DNA of 64,000 nt, from positions 1-64,000 of the IMG/VR virus record IMGVR_UViG_3300001605_000015; one strand, written 5' to 3'. Source of the stretch: an uncultured virus (IMG/VR IMGVR_UViG_3300001605_000015). Lineage: Duplodnaviria; Heunggongvirae; Uroviricota; Caudoviricetes. The translations under genes were made by a program, and so were the position numbers. Below are positions 39,113 through 49,075 of this stretch, one piece after another; position 1 is the first letter of the stretch, and each line of letters opens with the position of its first letter. Under the pieces are notes generated by a model. It was given only the letters and a program-made list of their open reading frames with translations. It made no database searches and had not been told where the DNA came from.

Positions 39113-40191
39113 AGCTAGAGAACGTCGAGAAGCTGCTACAGTCTCTTGAGATACCTCTGCACCCCCGCGAAATATCGGGGGTGTTTGCCAATTTTCAGTG
39201 TCCTTTTGCACCGTTTTATCACAAGAAGGGCATAGACAGTCATCCGTCCTTCGGCATATCTTTTTCGCCGGAAAAGCGTTCCTACTACACTTGTTTCTCT
39301 TGTCAGCAAAAGGGTAGTCTTGCTCTGCTTCCAGCAAAGCTAGGCAAGCTTCGCGGCGTAGATTACCGAGAGCTAATAGAATGGGCGGAACGAGCCGAGT
39401 TTACAGACATAGGCTCTATCGTCGTTCCTGAGTGGGACGACTCTGCCGTTGGCGGTAAGGTTGTAAATGAACGCACCAAATCGCAAGAGATAACTAGGTT
39501 CGGAAGTGCCGTTGGACACCCCTATCTAAAGAAACGGGGCTATAGCTGGTATGATGCTGTGAAGCTTGATTTGCAGTTTGACGAAGCCCAGCAACGCATC
39601 CTGTTTCCAGTCCACAATAACAGGTTACAGCTACAAGGATACACTGGTCGATCCGTTCTTCCTGATCGCTTCATTACAAAAGGTAAGGGAACCAATNCCN
39701 AGAGCCGCGACTACTTCGGCTTGCAGAAAGAACGCCTGTTTCTATTCAATCGTCGCTTTAATGGGACACAACGGGTAATCCTAGTAGAAGGACCGTTCGA
39801 CTATGCTAGGCTTGTGCAAGCTGGTTACTACGGCGCTCACGCTATACTTGGAACGGCGCTAACCGATCATAAGATCGCCCTGCTTCTTGAGCTAAACAAA
39901 CCCGTGTTTCTTTTCTTGGACAACGACGCAGCAGGTGATGCGGCTACCTTCGGTGTCGTAAACATTCAAACAGGGTTACGAGAAAACCCCCACCTTGGAT
40001 GGGCTAATCGCCTTGTTGAACACCTGCCAGTTTGGATTTGCCAGTATCCAAAATCGGCTGAGCTTGAAGGTAGAAACGACCCTGACAGTCTAACTGTGCA
40101 AGATATACGATATGCGGTGCAAAACGCATGGCTTTATCACGGTCTTTTCTCATTGCCTGAGTATAACAACAACTCCGACATTCCTTTCTAG
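39109..40191 (+). CDS. DNA primase (Zn finger + TOPRIM)
   Basis: 'CPF...H...D.HPSF...CFSC', 'LVEGPFD', 'LGT', 'FLDNDAAG', 'DPD'. Confidence 0.88.
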   Translation: MKLENVEKLLQSLEIPLHPREISGVFANFQCPFAPFYHKKGIDSHPSFGISFSPEKRSYYTCFSCQQKGSLALLPAKLGKLRGVDYRELIEWAERAEFTDIGSIVVPEWDDSAVGGKVVNERTKSQEITRFGSAVGHPYLKKRGYSWYDAVKLDLQFDEAQQRILFPVHNNRLQLQGYTGRSVLPDRFITKGKGTNXXSRDYFGLQKERLFLFNRRFNGTQRVILVEGPFDYARLVQAGYYGAHAILGTALTDHKIALLLELNKPVFLFLDNDAAGDAATFGVVNIQTGLRENPHLGWANRLVEHLPVWICQYPKSAELEGRNDPDSLTVQDIRYAVQNAWLYHGLFSLPEYNNNSDIPF

Positions 40192-40206
40192 TTGGCATAA
40201 TAATCT

Positions 40207-40235
40207 TTGACAACCAAGAACGGGTCTGCTAATCT
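40207..40235 (+). promoter_or_regulatory. Sigma70-like promoter
   Basis: TTGACA-17-TAATCT with TG extension. Confidence 0.7.
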
Positions 40236-40298
40236 AAAAACGTCCATACTAGGACAAGCTGAAATCGCATGAACATGCTGTAAAAACGAGGTAACTCT

Positions 40299-41114
40299 AT
40301 GGCAATTCGCCGCCCAAAAGTAAAGCGTCCTGCACCTGCATCTTCGCCTTCCAGTTCTGCCAAAAAGCCTGTCAGAGCCAAAGCGGGGAAAATTGATGAC
40401 AAGCCTGCAAAGTCGGCTGTCGTAAAAGGTGCTGCTGGTTTTGCTGCTGCCCAAAAGCAACAGGAACGTCAGCAAGAGGAATACGAACGTCGAAAGGAAA
40501 AACCTTTTGCGTTTCGCATCACTCAGAAGGACATCAGTGATCGGAAGAACGAAGTCGAGCTTCTGTATCTTGACGAAGAACCCTTCTTCGTCCGTTTGCA
40601 CACTGTCAAAAACGCTCGTGGCGGCTTTGACGACGAGGTTTGCATTGCAGATACCGGGGAAACCTGCCCTCTGTGTGTGAAGCTCGGTAAAGAGGGGACG
40701 CATACTCTTGTGCTTACCGCACTTGATAAACGTGCCTATCGCAACCGGGAAGGTCAGCTTATCAAGATGAGCAAAAAGCTTGTCCCGGTCAAAAGCCGGA
40801 ACATCGCCAAGTTCGAACGTCAGTGGAAAAAGCACGGAACCTTCCGTGGTCTTGTCGCGGTGCATCGTCGCCACGGCCAGAAGGAAGCATCTATTGGCGA
40901 GGACATCGAGTTCAAGGAAAAGCTCGTTCCTGAACTGATGATCAAGAAAGCCACCCGTAACAAGGATGAGCTTCTCAAAGTCCCCGATTACTACAAGATT
41001 TTCCCCACTCCTACGGCTCAGCAGCTTGCCGAACGCTATGACGGTCCTATCAGTGACGGTCGCAGCGGCGGCGGTGGGGAAGACGACGACGATGAAGGAA
41101 TCTCTTGGGGATAA
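40299..41114 (+). CDS. Single-stranded DNA-binding protein (gp32-like, Zn-binding)
   Basis: 'H...C......CPLC' and acidic aromatic tail 'DDDDEGISWG'; replication context. Confidence 0.6.
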   Translation: MAIRRPKVKRPAPASSPSSSAKKPVRAKAGKIDDKPAKSAVVKGAAGFAAAQKQQERQQEEYERRKEKPFAFRITQKDISDRKNEVELLYLDEEPFFVRLHTVKNARGGFDDEVCIADTGETCPLCVKLGKEGTHTLVLTALDKRAYRNREGQLIKMSKKLVPVKSRNIAKFERQWKKHGTFRGLVAVHRRHGQKEASIGEDIEFKEKLVPELMIKKATRNKDELLKVPDYYKIFPTPTAQQLAERYDGPISDGRSGGGGEDDDDEGISWG

Positions 41115-41126
41115 TAACATCGTTAT

Positions 41127-41159
41127 TGCGGGGGCTGGAAACGGCCCTCGCATCTTTTT
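41127..41159 (+). terminator. Intrinsic terminator
   Basis: TGCGGGGGCTG-GAAA-CGGCCCTCGCA-TCTTTT. Confidence 0.7.
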
Positions 41160-41171
41160 AAGGTAAGCAAC

Positions 41172-42863
41172 ATGAAGCCCTACATAGCAAAACGCGCATA
41201 CATTCCGCGTCATCTGGTAAAGCCTTCTGTAAGGGATTCACTTTCCGAAAACCTTACTTACACGCAGTATCAGCAAGACACTGTAAAGGGCGCTGAGCAT
41301 AGGCGTTCCCTATACGGCTATTCGGAAGCCGAAGAGCAGACTATCAAAAACCTGCGACTATCTCACAATCGCAGTATGCTTTCTTTGCCTAGAGCCTACG
41401 CTATAGAAAGGTTCGGCATTTCCTTTTTTCAGAACAAGACAGTCTCACCTACGCACAGTATTTCTTTTCCAAAGGATATTGCGGCTCGTGATGACAAACA
41501 GAAAACATTCTTTGACACCATATATCAGCAGGCAAAACAAGCAGGGCCACAGCATATTCTAGCCAATGCTACGACAGGCTCGGGTAAGACGGTGGCTTCT
41601 ATCAAGCTTGGTATGCTGCTTCGCACACCCACACTTTTCATCGTTGATAGCAACAAGCTTGCGGCTGGCTTTATTCGAAACATAGACAAGTTTTTTGGTC
41701 AAAAGTGGCGTAGAAAATACGTAGGACGTATTCAGCAAGATCAGTGCGACTATGAAGGCAAAGCTTTTTGTGTTGCTCTTGTTCAATCGCTTCGTTCTCG
41801 TAACTATGCAAAGGCGATGTATTCCTATTTTGGCTGCATCATATACGACGAAGTGCAGATATACGGAAGCAGCTACCACACTGTCTTGGGCATGTTTCCC
41901 GCTAGGGTTCACGTTGGTATGACGGCTACCAACAAGCAAGGATCGTTTGGTCAGCTTGTTGAAGGTTATATTGGTAAGCCATCCGTCATATCCAAACAAG
42001 AGGTTCTCCTACCAAAAGCTTTCGTAGTTCGTAACAGGCTGACACAGCTATACAACGTGTATAGCGACGGGACACTTGTAAATTCCATAGCCTCGGACAA
42101 AGGTCGCAACGATTTACTGAGCCGCATCATCTTACAACGCGGTTATAGCCGAAAGCGTGTTTGTCTTGTTCTTTCTGACCGTGTAGCCCAACTACAGACA
42201 CTTCGGCGCATACTTATAGCTAAGGGTGTAAACGAAGACGACATAGGTTTGCACGTAGGCGAGTATGAGGAAGATAGCTACACTGTTGCATATTCTTATG
42301 ATGAACAGCGGTGGATTAGGATGGACCTGCGCGGTGTAAAGAAAAGCATGACGCAGTTTATGGTAGAACTTGCTTGCGGCAAACACCAAGACCATCCGCT
42401 CGTTCCGGCCACTGTTAAAAAAGCGATAATCAAGAAGACTCCTATATTCTTCGACGTGGTAAAGCGGCTGTATAAGCCTTCCGAGCAGGAACTTGACTAC
42501 ATCGCAAATTATTGTTACATCATACTTGCAACCTACAAAATCTTCGCAAAAGGCGTGGACTACCCAAGGATCGACATGGGCGTTGAAGCTACTCCTGTTG
42601 GTGATGCAACACAGCCTCTTGGCCGTATTTTGCGATTGCCGGATGGTTTTGTTAAACCCCAGCCTGAGTGGTATGCCATCCATGATCGGTTCATCATGCC
42701 TCCGAAAAAAGGTTTTGGAACTGACTGGGACGCAAACAACGCTGTAGCACAAACAATGAACCACTTCTTTGATAAAAAAGCTTCCGCTCGTGAACAAGCT
42801 CTGCTAAAAGCAAAAGCGGGAATCTCTTATCAAAGCGGCGCTTCCTACAAGGAAACTGACTGA
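41172..42863 (+). CDS. Superfamily 2 helicase
   Basis: 'TGSGKT', 'IYDEVQ', 'GMTAT', 'KGVDYP', 'QPLGRILR'. Confidence 0.88.
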   Translation: MKPYIAKRAYIPRHLVKPSVRDSLSENLTYTQYQQDTVKGAEHRRSLYGYSEAEEQTIKNLRLSHNRSMLSLPRAYAIERFGISFFQNKTVSPTHSISFPKDIAARDDKQKTFFDTIYQQAKQAGPQHILANATTGSGKTVASIKLGMLLRTPTLFIVDSNKLAAGFIRNIDKFFGQKWRRKYVGRIQQDQCDYEGKAFCVALVQSLRSRNYAKAMYSYFGCIIYDEVQIYGSSYHTVLGMFPARVHVGMTATNKQGSFGQLVEGYIGKPSVISKQEVLLPKAFVVRNRLTQLYNVYSDGTLVNSIASDKGRNDLLSRIILQRGYSRKRVCLVLSDRVAQLQTLRRILIAKGVNEDDIGLHVGEYEEDSYTVAYSYDEQRWIRMDLRGVKKSMTQFMVELACGKHQDHPLVPATVKKAIIKKTPIFFDVVKRLYKPSEQELDYIANYCYIILATYKIFAKGVDYPRIDMGVEATPVGDATQPLGRILRLPDGFVKPQPEWYAIHDRFIMPPKKGFGTDWDANNAVAQTMNHFFDKKASAREQALLKAKAGISYQSGASYKETD

Positions 42864-43498
42864 TGCCTATCAAAAAAATCAAAAAGCTTCCTAAGCGGAA
42901 AGCTGCCGCAAAGGTTTCTGAGAAAGCCTCGAAAAAAATTACAACGGTTGATCGCTATCAGAGTGATCCCGACTTTCGCCTTCGCGCCCTTGAAAACCAG
43001 CGGCGCTATTACCGCAAGAAGCGCGGCAACTTCGAGCTTGTTAGCCCGCTTCGTTCTCTTGAATACTTCACCGAATTAGCAGAGTTGATGGACGTAACCT
43101 ATAACGACGTTATTACGTTCACGGCACCCTGCTTCACTAAGGCTAGGGCGGCTGAGCTTTTGCAGATCAGCCCTCAAACCCTATGGCGGCAATCCAACGG
43201 CAAGGATGTCACCATACCCGCTCCCGTGTTGCATACAATCTACGGGAAACGACCTATGATCGTATACCATCAGGACGAACTTGAACTGATGCTAAACATC
43301 ATAGGGGAGCACAAGCGGCGTTTCGCATATTATCGCAGCGATCATATCGAGACCAAGCAGAAGCTCTTCTCTGCCATTAACCAACTACGCCAATCATGGG
43401 AGACCCAAACATGGCAATCCGCAAAGCAGGACGACCAGCCGCAGCCAAGACAACCGAAAAGGCTGAAACCAAAGTCGCTGAAAAGGAAACCGAAATGA
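42863..43498 (+). CDS. Putative HTH DNA-binding protein
   Basis: 'FTKARAAELLQISPQTLWR...IPAP'. Confidence 0.6.
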   Translation: MPIKKIKKLPKRKAAAKVSEKASKKITTVDRYQSDPDFRLRALENQRRYYRKKRGNFELVSPLRSLEYFTELAELMDVTYNDVITFTAPCFTKARAAELLQISPQTLWRQSNGKDVTIPAPVLHTIYGKRPMIVYHQDELELMLNIIGEHKRRFAYYRSDHIETKQKLFSAINQLRQSWETQTWQSAKQDDQPQPRQPKRLKPKSLKRKPK

Positions 43499-44205
43499 CA
43501 AAGCCGGAAATCACAACCACGATCAAACAGACCGTTTCGGTCAAGCAGCGCACCGAAGTCGGTGACGAGGTTTTCATCTCGGTCGGTCAGGAATACCACA
43601 ATGTTCCCGTTTCCGAAGCCGATGCTCTGAAAGCTACGCTTGATCAGTCGATCAGCGATTGGCTCGAAGCCCGTGTTTCCTCCGTCGCAGGTGCGGCATT
43701 CGAGTCCTACACTGATCCTGAAAAGGGCGTTGCAGAGACGGACGACGAAGACGAAACGGAAGCCGACGAGGAAGAAGCTGACGACGAAGCCGACGACGAA
43801 CTGACCATCGAAGACGTTCAGGCTATGAAAGTCGGGGAGCTTCGTGAGTTGATCGAAGCACACGAACTGGACGTTGATCCGAAGCTCAAGGTCAAGGAAC
43901 TTCGTGAAGCCATCATCGCCGCGCTCTTCGAAGAGGAAGACGAAGAGGAAGACGAAGCGGACGACGAAGAGGCGGACGACGAGGCGGACGACGAGGAAGC
44001 CGAAGACGAGGAAGAGGACGAAGAGGAAGACGGCGACGAGGAAGACGAGCCTTATACCGAAGACGAACTCAAGGCGCTCAAGCTGGCCGAACTGCAAGAG
44101 ATTGCAGAAGCTTGGGAACTCAAGGTCAAGCACAAGAAGGGTGCCGACCTGAAAGCCAAGAAAGCCGACTTCGTGAAAGCGATCCTCGAAGCTCAGGAAG
44201 GTTAA
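43411..44205 (+). CDS. Highly acidic protein with two Rho-N/HeH-like repeats
   Basis: 'MKVGELRELI' and 'LKLAELQEIA' modules separated by D/E tracts; GGAG RBS. Confidence 0.7.
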   Translation: MAIRKAGRPAAAKTTEKAETKVAEKETEMTKPEITTTIKQTVSVKQRTEVGDEVFISVGQEYHNVPVSEADALKATLDQSISDWLEARVSSVAGAAFESYTDPEKGVAETDDEDETEADEEEADDEADDELTIEDVQAMKVGELRELIEAHELDVDPKLKVKELREAIIAALFEEEDEEEDEADDEEADDEADDEEAEDEEEDEEEDGDEEDEPYTEDELKALKLAELQEIAEAWELKVKHKKGADLKAKKADFVKAILEAQEG

Positions 44206-44208
44206 TTC

Positions 44209-45369
44209 ATGGCGATCAAAAGGCGCAAGCCTGCCGTGGAAAAGGAGGGGGCGGAAGCCCCCTCTACTTCTTCTGGCAGCAGGTTCAAGAAACGCGAGAT
44301 ACCGAACACAGGCATCTTGGATAACCCAAACTCAGAGCTTGCGGCGGTGATCAAGAAAATCACTGATTCTGGCGACTACGGTCACGCATTTCATGTCGCC
44401 AATTCTCGCAAGTTTGCCACACCACGCCTAGAGACAGGCGTCCTAGCTCTTGATCTTACATTAGGCGGCGGGCTAGGTATGGGTCGCGCGTCCATGCTAT
44501 ATGGTGAGCGATCCGCAGGTAAATCAACCACGGGCCTTATCGCAATGGCCCGTATGCAAAAAGAACGACCAGACGAGGTTGTTGCAGTTATCGACGCCGA
44601 AGGCACCTTCGATAAAGGGTGGGCCAAAAAGCTCGGATGTGATCTTTCTCGTATCGTGATTGCCGAACCTGAAAGCGGCGAACATGCAATCGACTTGGCC
44701 GACGCACTTATGCGGGCAAAAGAGGTTAGCATGGTTGTAACGGACTCTATTGCGGCTCTTATTCCTACCAAGGAAATAGACGAAAGCGCGATGCAAGAGT
44801 TTATGGGTTTGCAAGCACGTCTTATCGGCAAGTATGTGCGTAAGGCAACGCAGGCTTTGCTTTCTGAGCGTAAGCGCGATCACCTTGTTCATTGCCTCTT
44901 CCTCAATCAATTCCGTATGAAAATCGGATTGGTTTTTGGCGATCCTCGCACATTGCCGGGAGGCAAAGCTTTAGAGTTTTTCATGTCGCAGCAAGCTGAA
45001 ATCAAAAACAAAGAGCACTTCGGCAAAGACGACACGGGCGACGAAGTGGTCATGTATAATGAGCACAACATTAAGGTTACGAAAAACAAGATGGGTGGTC
45101 CACTACGTGAAGCAATGTTCCGCCTCGTTAGAAGCCCGCATTTGGGTATGCCAGAAGCTTGGGTCGATCAAGCCAAGACGGTTGTATCTTCCGGCATGAA
45201 AGTTGGCGTCGTAACGGGTGCTCCATCTTCTTTCGAAATCGACGGAATAAACGGTAAGTTTCGCGGCGCACCTGCACTAACCGAATGGGCGGTTGAGAAT
45301 CAAGATGCTTATAACGCGGTTATTAGCAAGATCGTTGCTGGTTACAAAACCCGTTGGGGGCTGGAATAA
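44209..45369 (+). CDS. recA: RecA recombinase
   Basis: 'TGVLALD..LGGG..GR...YGERSAGKST', 'IDAE', 'DSIAAL', 'NQFR.KIG..FGDP...PGGKAL.F'. Confidence 0.95.
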   Translation: MAIKRRKPAVEKEGAEAPSTSSGSRFKKREIPNTGILDNPNSELAAVIKKITDSGDYGHAFHVANSRKFATPRLETGVLALDLTLGGGLGMGRASMLYGERSAGKSTTGLIAMARMQKERPDEVVAVIDAEGTFDKGWAKKLGCDLSRIVIAEPESGEHAIDLADALMRAKEVSMVVTDSIAALIPTKEIDESAMQEFMGLQARLIGKYVRKATQALLSERKRDHLVHCLFLNQFRMKIGLVFGDPRTLPGGKALEFFMSQQAEIKNKEHFGKDDTGDEVVMYNEHNIKVTKNKMGGPLREAMFRLVRSPHLGMPEAWVDQAKTVVSSGMKVGVVTGAPSSFEIDGINGKFRGAPALTEWAVENQDAYNAVISKIVAGYKTRWGLE

Positions 45370-45370
45370 C

Positions 45371-45742
45371 ATGGCTAAAAATCCTATGCTTGATCGTCTC
45401 GCAAAAAAGGAAAAGCAACCCAAATCCTATTGGTCGGCTCCCAAAAAAGAAAAGAAACTTGCGATACGGATAAAGGGTAGGACGACTAACGCAAGCGGCT
45501 CCAAAAACGAAAAAGGCGATGTCCGAAAAACGGGCATTGCCAGACTAGAGCATAAGACGTGCCAGCGTAAGTCATTTTCCGTAACAAGAGAAATGATCGA
45601 AAAGATTGTAAATGCCTCTCTGGCTTGCGACGAAATACCAGCACTTGTAATTGAGTTCATCAATGCGGATACTGGTAAGAGTGAAGGCGAGATAGCCGTA
45701 GTTCCACTGGACGACCTAATAAGGTTGATTAACAATGTCTGA
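45371..45742 (+). CDS. PD-(D/E)XK nuclease / Holliday junction resolvase-like
   Basis: 'SGS..EKGDV.....RLEHKT....SFS'. Confidence 0.6.
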   Translation: MAKNPMLDRLAKKEKQPKSYWSAPKKEKKLAIRIKGRTTNASGSKNEKGDVRKTGIARLEHKTCQRKSFSVTREMIEKIVNASLACDEIPALVIEFINADTGKSEGEIAVVPLDDLIRLINNV

Positions 45743-46619
45743 CAATGAAATACCTGTCGGGATCGTAGCAGGTCTACTTAACGCACCTACTGTCGTCAGA
45801 AACCGCACCAACTACACTGGTGATGGTATGCCTTACGTCCATGTTAGCGATCTGCTAAAGAACGCGGCTTCTGACAGATTTTGCCCACGAGAGTTTGTGA
45901 TCAAGTATTTTGAACGTCGCCTCGCTCCAACAGGCACCGTTCCTGCCAAGATGCGGCTGCTCTGGGACACAGGTAACTTGATTGGCGACCGCGTGGTTAT
46001 TCAGCGGTTCATGCAAACGTCGGTTGAATATGGTCATTTGGTTTGGGGCGATTGGCGATGCGACGGCTGTAGCAACATGGTTGCGACGTTTGATTACCAT
46101 CCCGGTCAGTGCGGCGGCTGCGGCTCTCATAGCCTTACGTATAGCGAGGTTGATCTTCGCCTAGACGATGTTCGCTTGGTTGGACACCCCGATCTTCTTT
46201 TCCGTATGGACGATGGGACAATCATTATCTACGAGCTAAAGACTATCGACCGACAGGACATAGTGTTTGCTCAAATCGACAACCCGCTTGGCGATCATCA
46301 CGTTCAAGCCAGTTTGTATTATTACATCCTGCGGCGGCTTGGTTACAAGGTATCCAAGATTTTGCGCTTTATTTACATAGACAGAAGCATGGACAACATG
46401 TATACGTCGAACCCGTTCAGAGAGATAGGCGCTACGGTTCTTTCGCCAAAGCGCATACAGCCGTTGATCGAAATTCCCAAGAAACTTGTAAAGCATATTG
46501 CAGATCAGACTTTGCCTGATAAGATTTGCAAAACATGCACAGATACGAGGACTACGAAATGCTCGGTAGTGACAAGCTGCTTCGGACGGCGCTCGAACAA
46601 GATCACCCCTATGTGGTAG
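45735..46619 (+). CDS. Cas4-like PD-(D/E)XK exonuclease
   Basis: 'CPRE', 'GHPDL', 'YELKT', 'QASLY', C-terminal Cys cluster. Confidence 0.75.
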   Translation: MSDNEIPVGIVAGLLNAPTVVRNRTNYTGDGMPYVHVSDLLKNAASDRFCPREFVIKYFERRLAPTGTVPAKMRLLWDTGNLIGDRVVIQRFMQTSVEYGHLVWGDWRCDGCSNMVATFDYHPGQCGGCGSHSLTYSEVDLRLDDVRLVGHPDLLFRMDDGTIIIYELKTIDRQDIVFAQIDNPLGDHHVQASLYYYILRRLGYKVSKILRFIYIDRSMDNMYTSNPFREIGATVLSPKRIQPLIEIPKKLVKHIADQTLPDKICKTCTDTRTTKCSVVTSCFGRRSNKITPMW

Positions 46620-47140
46620 GTCTCGACATTTCGTTGACTTCGACAGGGGTTTACTTCCTCTCGTTAAAAAAGGATGATGCTCATCCTGATTTTTACTACC
46701 ATGTCACAACGAACACAAAAGACGGTCTAGACGCAACTCGTATAGACAACGTATATCGAATCATTCAAGACGACCTATCCAATCCCTTATACCCGGTTAT
46801 AGCGGCTTGCATCGAAGACTACGGCCCAAGCGGCAGGGTAGCCGGAAAGGTTCTTGTTCGTGCAGAGCTTTGCGGTATCGTAAAGCACATGCTACGCAAC
46901 GAGCTAGAAATTCCCTACATCCTAGTAAGCCCGAACGGATTGAAAAAATTCGCTAGTGGAAAGGGTCGCGGCGATAAGACGGTTACGCTAAAGGCAGCAC
47001 ACGATCTTGGATTTACAACAAAAAACTCTGATGAAGCCGACGCCTTCCACGCAGCAAGGCTTTGCGAAGCTTACGTCACGGGTCAGAAGCTATCTGTGTC
47101 CTACAATCGGATAAATCCAAAGAGCTACACTTTTTCTTAG
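46526..47140 (+). CDS. ruvC: RuvC-like Holliday junction resolvase (true start probably nearer 46559-46613)
   Basis: 'GLDISLTSTG', 'IEDY', 'P..LKKFASGKG..DK', 'DEADA'. Confidence 0.8.
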   Translation: MQNMHRYEDYEMLGSDKLLRTALEQDHPYVVGLDISLTSTGVYFLSLKKDDAHPDFYYHVTTNTKDGLDATRIDNVYRIIQDDLSNPLYPVIAACIEDYGPSGRVAGKVLVRAELCGIVKHMLRNELEIPYILVSPNGLKKFASGKGRGDKTVTLKAAHDLGFTTKNSDEADAFHAARLCEAYVTGQKLSVSYNRINPKSYTFS

Positions 47141-47158
47141 CACGTCGCTATCTACCGC

Positions 47159-47186
47159 TTGACAAGCACCCACCTTATCTTATACT
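47159..47186 (+). promoter_or_regulatory. Sigma70-like promoter
   Basis: TTGACA-16-TATACT. Confidence 0.65.
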
Positions 47187-47235
47187 TCATCCCACTACCG
47201 ACTAACCCGTTGCACCTACCCGAGAGGATATACAC

Positions 47236-48393
47236 ATGGCAACCCGTAAACTCAAAGCCGCTGCCAAGGCTCCGGCGAAAACCACCAGCAAAGCCGCTTC
47301 TGACGCCGCCCCCAAGGCCCGCGCCAAAAAGGCAACCGCTGCTCCTGCTGAAAAGAAGCAGAAAGCCAAAACCGAAATCGTTGCGCTTGAAGCCAACACC
47401 TTCGTCAAGTTCGGCGGCTACGTCAATGAGACGCCCGAAGAGGAACAGCTTTTCCAGAAGGGCGACGTGCTCTATATCGTCGGCGTTCAGGAAGCCAGCG
47501 ACGATCAGCCCATGATGTACGACTGCATCAAAGCGTCGGACGTGACGGCGTTCCAAGCGAATCCCGAAGACGAAAACATCGAAGGGCAGCAGCTTGCCGT
47601 TCAGGAGGTTCAGGCGATTTCGGGTCGGGCGCTGCAAGACGCGAACGATACCTATCTGCCCATTCCGTCCATCGGTGATCTGGACTCGATCATCGAAGAA
47701 GCGGGCGGCGACCTTGTTCTCGCTTCGCAAAACGTGTTCGGCCAAATCGAACAGTCGTTTTTCTATCTCGGCGGTATCCTCGCCAAGATCAAGCGCGAAG
47801 GTTCCTACCTGACCGAGAACGGCGGCGAATACGAAGGCGAGGAAGCGTGGAACGAGTTCTGCACGGACAACTTCCAGTTTTCGGGTGCAAAGGGCGGCGA
47901 TCTTGCCCGTCTGTATACCACCTTTGCTGCGATCCCCGGCTTTGAACCGTCGATGATGAACGACATCGGCTGGTCGAAGGTTCGGGAAATCCAGCGGTTC
48001 GTCACCGAGGACAATTATCAGGAGCTTCTCGAAGACGCACGGACGCTGACTCGCTCCGAATTGAAAACCCAACTCACCACGAAATACGTGGATGATACGG
48101 GTCGGACCCCTTCGGGCGCTGTTGCCTCTCGTCCCGGTGGCAGCAATGCCGTCAAGACCATGACGCTCAACTTCAAGCTCATGGAAGACGCGGCTACCGC
48201 AGTTCAGCTTGCGCTGGATGAAGCGGTCAAGGTTTACGGCGTGAACAACCACGCGGAAGCTCTTGAGCGTATCATCGTCTCGTGGGCCGAAGAGCACGTT
48301 TCCTCTGCCACCAAGCAGAAGAAAATCTCTTCGAAAATCGAGAAAGCGGCGAAAGCTGCTGACAAGGCTCCGAAGCAAAAAGCTGCGGCTTGA
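47236..48393 (+). CDS. Hypothetical DNA-binding protein with Ala/Lys-rich termini
   Basis: GAGG RBS; histone-H1-like AKAPAK N-terminus; 'IGWSKVREI'; own promoter and terminator. Confidence 0.75.
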   Translation: MATRKLKAAAKAPAKTTSKAASDAAPKARAKKATAAPAEKKQKAKTEIVALEANTFVKFGGYVNETPEEEQLFQKGDVLYIVGVQEASDDQPMMYDCIKASDVTAFQANPEDENIEGQQLAVQEVQAISGRALQDANDTYLPIPSIGDLDSIIEEAGGDLVLASQNVFGQIEQSFFYLGGILAKIKREGSYLTENGGEYEGEEAWNEFCTDNFQFSGAKGGDLARLYTTFAAIPGFEPSMMNDIGWSKVREIQRFVTEDNYQELLEDARTLTRSELKTQLTTKYVDDTGRTPSGAVASRPGGSNAVKTMTLNFKLMEDAATAVQLALDEAVKVYGVNNHAEALERIIVSWAEEHVSSATKQKKISSKIEKAAKAADKAPKQKAAA

Positions 48394-48418
48394 TCTACCG
48401 CCTTCGGGCAATCTACAT

Positions 48419-48444
48419 AGGCGGGGCTTCGGTCCCGCCTTTAT
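48419..48444 (+). terminator. Intrinsic terminator
   Basis: AGGCGGGGC-TTCG-GTCCCGCCT-TTAT. Confidence 0.7.
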
Positions 48445-48460
48445 CATAAGTGAGGCTTGA

Positions 48461-49006
48461 ATGCTTTCTAAAAAGATACTTCCTAACAAGCATCTTTGGT
48501 GGACTGAACCTACCGTCAGAAAGCGCGGCTCAAAGCCAACAAGGAAGATGCGCGAAACCCCTGTAACTGAGGTTCGCGCTACCAGCATACATCAACACAG
48601 CCTTGACTTTCTTCCCTCCGTCAAATGGAAACGCTACGTCGATCTTGACGCAAAGGACGGCGGCTATATAACCGAGTTATACAGTTTGACAGAGCTTTCC
48701 AAACGATACGGTTTGTCGTTCCAGACAAAGCTATACTGGAGAAAGCACATATTGCCAGAACCGTTCACTCTTTCGAGTGTAAAGAACAATCGCGTTTACT
48801 TCTGGTCTCGTATTCAGCTTGTTGTTATTGACTCTGTGCTGCGGCACCTAGAGTCAAAAGGACTTCTAACAATAAGAAAAACGGATAAAGATTGTCTTGA
48901 TTTAATACAGCATGGTTGCGACGTTCTCGAAGATTACTACAAAAATATGTATGAAGAACAATCACTTACCACCTTTGACCGCTTTGGGGTCCGCAAGTTA
49001 ATGTAA
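48461..49006 (+). CDS. Putative MerR-like HTH protein
   Basis: 'YSLTELSKRYGLSFQTKLYWRKHILPEP'. Confidence 0.6.
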   Translation: MLSKKILPNKHLWWTEPTVRKRGSKPTRKMRETPVTEVRATSIHQHSLDFLPSVKWKRYVDLDAKDGGYITELYSLTELSKRYGLSFQTKLYWRKHILPEPFTLSSVKNNRVYFWSRIQLVVIDSVLRHLESKGLLTIRKTDKDCLDLIQHGCDVLEDYYKNMYEEQSLTTFDRFGVRKLM

Positions 49007-49075
49007 TCTTGCTTGCGTCGGTAGTAAAAAACCGTTATACATCGGTTACTACTACCCAAACCACGCGAGCACAGC

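Noticed and set aside
47152..48588. Long minus-strand ORFs (47152-48588, 24496-25620, 40188-41213, 17223-18152, 43342-44133)
   Set aside because: Antisense shadows of well-supported plus-strand genes, with no RBS or recognisable motifs.
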